Origin: the human T2T-CHM13v2.0 reference genome, Homo sapiens
DNA length: 64,000 nt
Strand: one strand, 5' to 3'
Assembly: GCF_009914755.1 (NCBI RefSeq)
Contig: NC_060948.1
This document shows positions 53,624 to 64,000 of the stretch, piece after piece; positions within the stretch are counted from its first letter, which is position 1; each line of letters opens with the position of its first letter. The position numbers and the translations under genes were made by a program. The notes beneath the pieces are model-generated. The model saw only the letters and a list, made by a program, of their open reading frames with translations, was not told the DNA's origin and did not search any database.

Positions 53624-56600
53624 GGCCTGGAATAAAGTGGAATGCTACGGTCTCGAATGGAATAAAAATGTATGGAATGGAATGCAATGAAACGGAATCG
53701 AATGTCATAGAATGTAATGGAATGCAAAAAAATGGAATCCAAAATCATTGACTGGAAAGGCTGGGTGTCGAAAGGAATTGACTCCAATGGAATGGAATCG
53801 AATGGAATGGAAGTGAATAGAATCGAACTAAATCGAATGGAATGGAATTGATAGGAACGGAATGGAAAGGAATGCAATGATTTGGCATGGAATGGAATCG
53901 AATGGCATCGAATGGAATGGAATGGAATGCAATGGAATGGAATGTATTAGAATGTAATGAACTTTAATGGAATGTACTCGAATGGATTCGACTGGAATGG
54001 AATGTTGTGGAAGTGAATGGACTCCAATGGAATGGATTCAAAAGGAATGGAATCGTACGGAATGGAATCTAATGGAATGGAATTAAATGGAAATGAATCA
54101 AATTGAATAGCACGGAATTGAATTGAATGGAATGGAATGCAATGGAATCTAATGAAACGGAAAGGAAAGGAATGGAATGGAATGGAATGGGCTGGAATGG
54201 AAAGGAATCGAAACGAATGGAATGGAATCGAACTGAAGAGACTGGAATGGAATGCACTGGAATGGAAGGGAGTGTAATGGAAGGTTCTCGAAAAAAATGG
54301 AATCGAATGGAATGGAATTGAATGGAACGGAATAGAGTCGAATGGAATTGAATGGAATGGAATGGACTAGAGTGAAATGGAATCGAACCACAAGGAATGG
54401 ACAGGAATAGAATGGTCTCGAATTGAATGGAATCGTATGGAATGGCATCAAACGGAATGGAATGGACAGCCACGGAATGGAATGCACTCGAATGCAATGG
54501 AGTCGAAACTAATGGACTGGAATAGAATGGACTCGACTGGTACGGACTCCAATGGAATGGAATCGAATGGAAGGGAATCGAACGGAATGGACTCGAAGGG
54601 AAAAGACTGCAATGGAAAGGTCTCGAATGGAATGGAAATTAATGGAATGGAATGGAATCGAATGAAATGGAGTCAAAAGGAATGGAATCGAATGGCAAGA
54701 AATCGAATGTAATGGAATCGCAAGGAATTGATGTGAACGGAACGGAATGGAATGGAATCCAAAGGAATGGAATAGAATGGAATGGAATCGAATGGAAAGG
54801 ACTCGAATGGAAATCACTCGAATAGAATGCAATTTAATAAAATAGGATCAAATGTAATGGAATGGAATGGAAAGGAATCGAAACGAAAGGAATGGAGACA
54901 GATGGAATGGAATGGAACAGAGAGCAATGGTATAGAATGGAATGGAATCATCTGGAATGGAATTGAATGGAATGGAATAATATGAAATGGAATGGAATGG
55001 AATGGAATGCCCTTGAATTAAATGGACTGGAATGGAATGGACTCGAACAGAGTGGAATGGAAAGTGTTGAGATAGAATGGAATGGACTCGTTTGGAATGG
55101 TCTAGTAGGCAATGCAATCGACTGGCAGGGAATCAAAAGGAATGTAATGGAATGGATTGGACTGGAATGCAATGGACTCGAATAGATTGGAAACGGAATG
55201 CAAAGGAATGGAATGGAATAGTATGGAATGGAATGGAAAGGAATGGAGTGGAATAGACTAGAGTGGAATGGAATGGACTGGAAAGCAATAGACTGGAATG
55301 GAACTTTCTTGAATGGACTGGAATCAAACGGAATGGAATGCAATGCAATCAAATGGCATGGAATAAAATAGAATGAAAGAGAATCAAATGGAATTGAATC
55401 GAATGGAATCGAATGGATTGGAAAGGAATAGAATGGAATGGAATGGAATTGACTCAAATGGAATGGACTAGAATGGAATGGATTCGAATGGAAGGCAAAG
55501 GAATGGAATCTATTGGAATGGACTGGAATGGAATGGAAGGGATTGGAATGGACTCGAATGGAATGGACTGCAATAGAAAGGATTCGAATGGAATGAAAAA
55601 GAATTGAATGGAATAGAACAGAATGGAATCAAATCGAATGAAATGGAATGGAATAGAAAGGAATGGAATGAAATGGAATGGAAAGGATTCGAATGGAATG
55701 CAATCGAATGGAATGGAATCGAACGGAATGGAATAAAATGGAAGAAAACTGGCAAGAAATGGAATCGAAATGAATGGAGTGTTATGGAACGGACTCAAAA
55801 GGAATTGAATGTAATAGAATGGAGTGGAGTGGACTCGAATATAATGGACTGGAATGGAATGAAATCACATGGAATGGGAACGAATGGAATGGAATGGAAA
55901 GGAATGGAATCGAATGGAAAGGAATCGAATGGAAGGGAATGAAATTGAATCAACAGGAATGGAAGGGAATAGAATAGACGGTAATGGAATGGACTCGAAT
56001 TGAATGGACACGAATGCTCAAATTGAATGGACAAGAATGGAATGGAAACGAAAGGAATGTCATCGAATGGAATTGAATCGATTGGAATGAAATCGCATAG
56101 AATGGAGTGGAATCAAATGGAATTGAATCGAAAGGAAAGGAAGCGAATGGACTGAAATGAAATGGAATGGAATTGAATGGAAAGTAATGCAATGGAATAG
56201 AATGGAACGAAATTTCACGGAATGGAATCAAACTGAATGGAATCAAATCAATGGAATCTAATCAAATGCAATGGAAAGGAATTGAATGGAGTAGATTGGA
56301 TTGGATGGGATTGGAATGAAATGTACTGGAAAGGACTCGAATTTCATGAAACGGAATGGAATGAATTGGAACGGAATGGACTCGAATGGAATGGAATGTC
56401 ATGGAATGGCATCAAATGGAATGGCATCAAATGGAATGGAATCGAATGCAATGGAATGCTATGGAATGGAATGGAATGCATTGGAATGGAATGTCCTCTA
56501 ATGGAATGTATTCGAGTGGAATGGAATCGAATATAATGGAGTCGAATGAAATGGAATTGAAAAGAATGGGATCGAATACAATGGAATATACTGGAATGTA

Positions 56601-57162
56601 ATGTAATGAACTCGAATGTAATTGACTGGAATGGAATGTACATGAATGGAATGTAATCGAATGGAAAGTAATCCAATGGAATAGAAACTAATGCAATAAA
56701 ATCGACTCAAATAGAGTAGAATGTAATGGAATGGAGTGCAGTGCAATGGAATGGAATGGAATGGAATGCAATGGAATGGAATGGAATGGAATGGAATGGG
56801 ATGGAATGGTGTGGAATGGATAGTAATGGACTGGTGTGAAATGGACTGGAAAGGAATGGACTCAAATTGAAAGGGCTCGAAAGGAATGGAGTCAAATGGA
56901 ATGGTCTGGAATGGAATGAACACGAATGTAATGCAATCCAATAGAATGGAATCGAATGGCATGGAATATAAAGAAATGGAATCGAAGAGAATGGAAACAA
57001 ATGGAATGGAATTGAATGGAATGGAATTGAATGGAATGGGAAGGAATGGAGTGAAATTGTATGCAGTAGAAGAGAATAGAATGGAATGCAAGTGAAAGGA
57101 AAGGAATGGATTGGAATGGAATGGAATTCATTGGAATGGAAGGGAATGTAGTGTAATGGACA
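53624..57162 (+). repeat. DYZ1 unit, 3539 bp
   Basis: HaeIII spacing; shortest full unit. Confidence 0.92.
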
Positions 57163-60100
57163 GGCCTGGAATAAAGTGGAATGCTACGGTCTCGAATGGA
57201 ATAAAAATGTATGGAATGGAATGCAATGAAACGGAATCGAATGTCATAGAATGTAATGGAATGCAAAAAAATGGAATCCAAAATCATTGACTGGAAAGGC
57301 TGGGTGTCGAAAGGAATTGACTCCAATGGAATGGAATCGAATGGAATGGAAGTGAATAGAATCGAACTAAATCGAATGGAATGGAATTGATAGGAACGGA
57401 ATGGAAAGGAATGCAATGATTTGGCATGGAATGGAATCGAATGGCATCGAATGGAATGGAATGGAATGCAATGGAATGGAATGTATTAGAATGTAATGAA
57501 CTTTAATGGAATGTACTCGAATGGATTCGACTGGAATGGAATGTTGTGGAAGTGAATGGACTCCAATGGAATGGATTCAAAAGGAATGGAATCGTACGGA
57601 ATGGAATCTAATGGAATGGAATTAAATGGAAATGAATCAAATTGAATAGCACGGAATTGAATTGAATGGAATGGAATGCAATGGAATCTAATGAAACGGA
57701 AAGGAAAGGAATGGAATGGAATGGAATGGGCTGGAATGGAAAGGAATCGAAACGAATGGAATGGAATCGAACTGAAGAGACTGGAATGGAATGCACTGGA
57801 ATGGAAGGGAGTGTAATGGAAGGTTCTCGAAAAAAATGGAATCGAATGGAATGGAATTGAATGGAACGGAATAGAGTCGAATGGAATTGAATGGAATGGA
57901 ATGGACTAGAGTGAAATGGAATCGAACCACAAGGAATGGACAGGAATAGAATGGTCTCGAATTGAATGGAATCGTATGGAATGGCATCAAACGGAATGGA
58001 ATGGACAGCCACGGAATGGAATGCACTCGAATGCAATGGAGTCGAAACTAATGGACTGGAATAGAATGGACTCGACTGGTACGGACTCCAATGGAATGGA
58101 ATCGAATGGAAGGGAATCGAACGGAATGGACTCGAAGGGAAAAGACTGCAATGGAAAGGTCTCGAATGGAATGGAAATTAATGGAATGGAATGGAATCGA
58201 ATGAAATGGAGTCAAAAGGAATGGAATCGAATGGCAAGAAATCGAATGTAATGGAATCGCAAGGAATTGATGTGAACGGAACGGAATGGAATGGAATCCA
58301 AAGGAATGGAATAGAATGGAATGGAATCGAATGGAAAGGACTCGAATGGAAATCACTCGAATAGAATGCAATTTAATAAAATAGGATCAAATGTAATGGA
58401 ATGGAATGGAAAGGAATCGAAACGAAAGGAATGGAGACAGATGGAATGGAATGGAACAGAGAGCAATGGTATAGAATGGAATGGAATCATCTGGAATGGA
58501 ATTGAATGGAATGGAATAATATGAAATGGAATGGAATGGAATGGAATGCCCTTGAATTAAATGGACTGGAATGGAATGGACTCGAACAGAGTGGAATGGA
58601 AAGTGTTGAGATAGAATGGAATGGACTCGTTTGGAATGGTCTAGTATGCAATGCAATCGACTGGCAGGGAATCAAAAGGAATGTAATCGAATGGATTGGA
58701 CTGGAATGCAATGGACTCGAATAGATTGGAAACGGAATGCAAAGGAATGGAATGGAATAGTATGGAATGGAATGGAAAGGAATGCAGTGGAATAGACTAG
58801 AGTGGAATGGAATGGACTGGAAAGCAATGGACTGGAATGGAACTTTATTGAATGGACTGGAATCAAACGGAATGGAATGCAATGCAATCAAATGGCATGG
58901 AATAAAATAGAATGAAAGAGAATCAAATGGAATTGAATCGAATGGAATCGAATGGATTGGAAAGGAATAGAATGGAATGGAATGGAATTGACTCAAATGG
59001 AATGGACTAGAATGGAATGGATTCGAATGGAAGGCAAAGGAATGGAATCTATTGGAATGGACTGTAATGGAATGGAATGGAAGGGATTGGAATGGACTCG
59101 AATGGAATGGACTGCAATAGAAAGGATTCGAATGGAATGAAAAAGAATTGAATGGAATAGAACAGAATGGAATCAAATCGAATGAAATGGAATGGAATAG
59201 AAAAGAATGGAATGAAATGGAATGGAAAGGATTCGAATGGAATGCAATCGAATGGAATGGAATCGAACGGAATGGAATAAAATGGAAGAAAACTGGCAAG
59301 AAATGGAATCGAAATGAATGGAGTGTTATGGAACGGACTCAAAAGGAATTGAATGTAATAGAATGGAGTGGAGTGGACTCGAATATAATGGACTGGAATG
59401 GAATGAAATCACATGGAATGGGAACGAATGGAATGGAATGGAAAGGAATGGAATCGAATGGAAAGGAATCGAATGGAAGGGAATGAAATTGAATCAACAG
59501 GAATGGAAGGGAATAGAATAGACGGTAATGGAATGGACTCGAATAGAATGGACACGAATGCTCAAATTGAATGGACTCGAATGGAATGGAAACGAAAGGA
59601 ATGTCATCGAATGGAATTGAATCGATTGGAATGAAATCGCATAGAATGGAGTGGAATCAAATGGAATTGAATCGAAAGGAAAGGAAGCGAATGGACTGAA
59701 ATGAAATGGAATGGAATTGAATGGAAAGTAATGCAATGGAATAGAATGGAACGAAATTTCACGGAATGGAATCAAACTGAATGGAATCAAACCAATGGAA
59801 TCAAATCAAATGGAATGGAAAGGAATTGAATGGAGTAGATTGGATTGGATGGGATTGGAATGAAATGTACTGGAAAGGACTCGAATTTCATGAAACGGAA
59901 TGGAATGAATTGGAACGGAACGGACTCGAATGGAATGGAATGTCATGGAATGGCATCAAATGGAATGGCATCAAATGGAATGGAATCGAATGTAATGGAA
60001 TGCTATGGAATGGAATGGAATGCATTTTAATGGAATGTCCTCTAATGGAATGGATTCGAGTGGAATGGAATCGAATATAATGGAGTCGAATGAAATGGAA

Positions 60101-60711
60101 TTGAAAGGAATGGGATCGAATACAATGGAATATACTGGAATGTAATGTAATGAACTCGAATGTAATTGACTGGAATGGAATGTACATGAATGGAATGTAA
60201 TCGAATGGAAAGTAATCCAATGGAATAGAATCTAATGCAATAAAATCGACTCAGATAGAGTAGAATGTAATGGAATGGAGTGCAGTGCAATGGAATGGAA
60301 TGGAATGGAATGCAATGGAATGGAATGGAATGGAATGGAATGGAATGGAATGGAATGGTGTGGAATGGATAGTAATGGACTGGAGTGAAATGGACTGGAA
60401 AGGAATGGACTCAAATTGAATGGGCTCGAAAGGAATGGAGTCAAATGGAATGGTCTGGAATGGAATGAACACGAATGTAATGCAATCCAATAGAATGGAA
60501 TCGAATGGCATGGAATATAAAGAAATGGAATCGAAGAGAATGGAAACAAATGGAATGGAATTGAGTGGAATGGAATTGAATGGAATGGGAACGAATGGAG
60601 TGAAATTGTATGCAGTAGAAGAGAATAGAATGGAATGCAAGCGAAAGGAAAGGAATGGATTGGAATGGAATGGAATTCATTGGAATGGAAGGGAATGTAG
60701 TGTAATGGACA
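57163..60711 (+). repeat. DYZ1 unit, 3549 bp
   Basis: HaeIII spacing. Confidence 0.92.
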
Positions 60712-63700
60712 GGCCTGGAATAAAGTGGAATGCTACGGTCTCGAATGGAATAAAAATGTATGGAATGGAATGCAATGAAACGGAATCGAATGTCATAGAA
60801 TGTAATGGAATGCAAAAAAATGGAATCCAAAATCATTGACTGGAAAGGCTGGGTGTCGAAAGGAATTGACTCCAATGGAATGGAATCGAATGGAATGGAA
60901 GTGAATAGAATCGAACTAAATCGAATGGAATGGAATTGATAGGAACGGAATGGAAAGGAATGCAATGATTTGGCATGGAATGGAATCGAATGGCATCGAA
61001 TGGAATGGAATGGAATGCAATGAAATGGAATGTATTAGAATGTAATGAACTTTAATGGAATGTACTCGAATGGATTCGACTGGAATGGAATGTTCTGGAA
61101 GTGAATGGACTCCAATGGAATGGATTCAAAAGGAATGGAATCGTACGGAATGGAATCTAATGGAATGGAATTAAATGGAAATGAATCAAATTGAATAGCA
61201 CGGAATTGAATTGAATGGAATGGAATGCAATGGAATCTAATGAAACGGAAAGGAAAGGAATGGAATGGAATGGAATGGGCTGGAATGGAAAGGAATCGAA
61301 ACGAATGGAATGGAATCGAACTGAAGAGACTGGAATGGAATGCACTGGAATGGAAGGGAGTGTAATGGAAGGTTCTCGAAAAAAATGGAATGGAATGGAA
61401 TGGAATTGAATGGAACGGAATAGAGTCGAATGGAATTGAATGGAATGGAATGGACTAGAGTGAAATGGAATCGAACCACAAGGAATGGACAGGAATAGAA
61501 TGGTCTCGAATTGAATGGAATCGTATGGAATGGCATCAAACGGAATGGAATGGACAGCCACGGAATAGAATGCACTCGAATGCAATGGAGTCGAAACTAA
61601 TGGACTGGAATAGAATGGACTCGACTGGTACGGACTCCAATGGAATGGAATCGAATGGAAGGGAATCGAACGGAATGGACTCGAAGGGACAAGACTGCAA
61701 TGGAAAGGTCTCGAATGGAATGGAAATTAATGGAATGGAATGGAATCGAATGAAATGGAGTCAAAAGGAATGGAATCGAATGGCAAGAAATCGAATGTAA
61801 TGGAATCGCAAGGAATTGATGTGAACGGAACGGAATGGAATGGAATCCAAAGGAATGGAATAGAATGGAATGGAATCGAATGGAAAGGACTCGAATGGAA
61901 ATCACTCGAATAGAATGCAATTTAATAAAATAGGATCAAATGTAATGGAATGGAATGGAAAGGAATCGAAACGAAAGGAATGGAGACAGATGGAATGGAA
62001 TGGAACAGAGAGCAATGGTATAGAATGGAATGGAATCATCTGGAATGGAATTGAATGGAATGGAATAATATGAAATGGAATGGAATGGAATGGAATGGAA
62101 TGCCCTTGAATTAAATGGACTGGAATGGAATGGACTCGAACAGAGTGGAATGGAAAGTGTTGAGATAGAATGGAATGGACTCCTTTGGAATGGTGTAGTA
62201 TGCAATGCAATCGACTGGCAGGGAATCAAAAGGAATGTAATGGAATGGATTGGACTGGAATGCAATGGACTCGAATAGATTGGAAACGGAATGCAAAGGA
62301 ATGGAATGGAATAGTATGGAATGGAATGGAAAGGAATGGAGTGGAATAGACTAGAGTGGAATGGAATGGACTGGAAAGCAATGGACTGGAATGGAACTTT
62401 CTTGAATGGACTGGAATCAAACGGAATGGAATGCAATGCAATCAAATGGCATGGAATAAAATAGAATGAAAGAGAATCAAATGGAATTGAATCGAATGGA
62501 ATCGAATGGATTGGAAAGGAATAGAATGGAATGGAATGGAATTGACTCAAATGGAATGGACTAGAATGGAATGGATTCGAATGGAAGGCAAAGGAATGGA
62601 ATCTATTGGAATGGACTGTAATGGAATGGAATGGAAGGGATTGGAATGGACTCGAATGGAATGGACTGCAATAGAAAGGATTCGAATGGAATGAAAAAGA
62701 ATTGAATGGAATAGAACAGAATGGAATCAAATCGAATGAAATGGAATGGAATAGAAAGGAATGGAATGAAATGGAATGGAAAGGATTCGAATGGAATGCA
62801 ATCGAATGGAATGGAATCGAACGGAATGGAATAAAATGGAAGAAAACTGGCAAGAAATGGAATCGAAATGAATGGAGTGTTATGGAACGGACTCAAAAGG
62901 AATTGAATGTAATAGAATGGAGTGGAGTGGACTCGAATATAATGGACTGGAATGGAATGAAATCACATGGAATGGGAACGAATGGAATGGAATGGAAAGG
63001 AATGGAATCGAATGGAAAGGAATCGAATGGAAGGGAATGAAATTGAATCAACAGGAATGGAAGGGAATAGAATAGACGGTAATGGAATGGACTCGAATAG
63101 AATGGACACGAATGCTCAAATTGAATGGACTCGAATGGAATGGAAACGAAAGGAATGTCATCGAATGGAATTGAATCGATTGGAATGAAATCGCATAGAA
63201 TGGAGTGGAATCAAATGGAATTGAATCGAAAGGAAAGGAAGCGAATGGACTGAAATGAAATGGAATGGAATTGAATGGAAAGTAATGCAATGGAATAGAA
63301 TGGAACGAAATTTCACGGAATGGAATCAAACTGAATGGAATCAAATCAATGGAATCCAATCAAATGGAATGGAGTAGATTGGATTGGATGGGATTGGAAT
63401 GAAATGTACTGGAAAGGACTCGAATTTCATGAAACGGAATGCAATGAATTGGAACGGAAAGGACTCGATTGGAATGGAATGTCATGGAATGGCATCAAAT
63501 GGAATGGCATCAAATGGAATGGAATCGAATGCAATGGAATGCTATGGAATGGAATGGAATGCATTGGAATGGAATGTCCTCTAATGGAATGGATTCGAGT
63601 GGAATGGAATCGAATATAATGGAGTCGAATGAAATGGAATTGAAAGGAATGGGATCGAATACAATGGAATATACTGGAATGTAATGTAATGAACTCGAAT

Positions 63701-64000
63701 GTAATTGACTGGAATGGAATGTACATGAATGGAATGTAATCGAATGGAAAGTAATCCAATGGAATAGAATCTAATGCAATAAAATCGACTCAGATAGAGT
63801 AGAATGTAATGGAATGGAGTGCAGTGCCATGGAATGGAATGGAATGGAATGCAATGGAATGGAATGGAATGCAATGGAATGGAATGGAATGGGATGGAAT
63901 GGGATGGAATGGTGTGGAATGGATAGTAATGGACTGGAGTGAAATGGACTGGAAAGGAATGGACTCAAATTGAAAGGGCTCGAAAGGAATGGAGTCAAAT
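60712..64000 (+). repeat. Partial DYZ1 unit (runs off window end)
   Basis: Starts at the last HaeIII landmark and is colinear with the other units; 15-bp deletion at ~63370. Confidence 0.92.

Larger units (their letters stand above)
1..64000 (+). repeat. DYZ1: Human satellite 3 array, DYZ1-type (Yq12), ~3.55-kb higher-order repeat of diverged GGAAT pentamers
   Basis: The entire window is GGAAT and variants (CGAAT, GGACT, GCAAT, TGAAT, GGAAA). The landmark GGACAGGCCTGGAATAAAGTGGA recurs with GGCC at 1796, 3857, 7446, 10989, 14533, 18091, 21634, 25183, 28727, 32271, 35829, 39408, 42952, 46531, 50080, 53624, 57163 and 60712. One HaeIII and one EcoRI site per ~3.55 kb fits the classical ~3.56-kb DYZ1 unit. 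Confidence 0.96.

Noticed and set aside
108-63998. Hundreds of ORFs (MEWNG.. on +, FHSIP.. on -), up to 418 aa at 11874-13130
   Set aside because: They are direct translations of GGAAT/ATTCC pentamers, which lack stop codons. They are low-complexity, repeat with the unit, change frame with 5-bp indels and show no recognisable domain.
1-64000. CRISPR-like or other repeat-spacer system
   Set aside because: There are no unique spacers or associated genes; every segment is pentamer-derived and repeated in each unit.
1-64000. HSat2, DYZ2/HSat1B, Alu, L1 insertions or an inversion
   Set aside because: There is no HSat2 CATTCGATTC/ATGATG-type periodicity, no AT-rich or Alu block and no strand switch anywhere.

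Overview
The whole 64 kb window is one uninterrupted, single-orientation array of human satellite 3, with (GGAAT)n on the + strand and (CATTC)n on the - strand. It is organised as a ~3.54-3.59 kb higher-order unit with one HaeIII/StuI site and one EcoRI site per unit, which matches DYZ1 (HSat3) of human Yq12 heterochromatin. I find 18 canonical HaeIII landmark sites, delimiting 16 full units, one internally deleted 2061-bp unit and two partial end units. No genes, RNA genes, transposons or DYZ2/Alu blocks are visible, and all listed ORFs are artefacts of pentamer translation. I cannot support a new biological system here. The real structure is (i) three perfect in-register heat-shock elements per unit, gained or lost in individual copies, (ii) an in-register ~1.5 kb deletion giving a candidate 5.65-kb super-period, and (iii) a record of recent duplications and mosaic sharing of variants between units. 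All coordinates and counts were read by eye.
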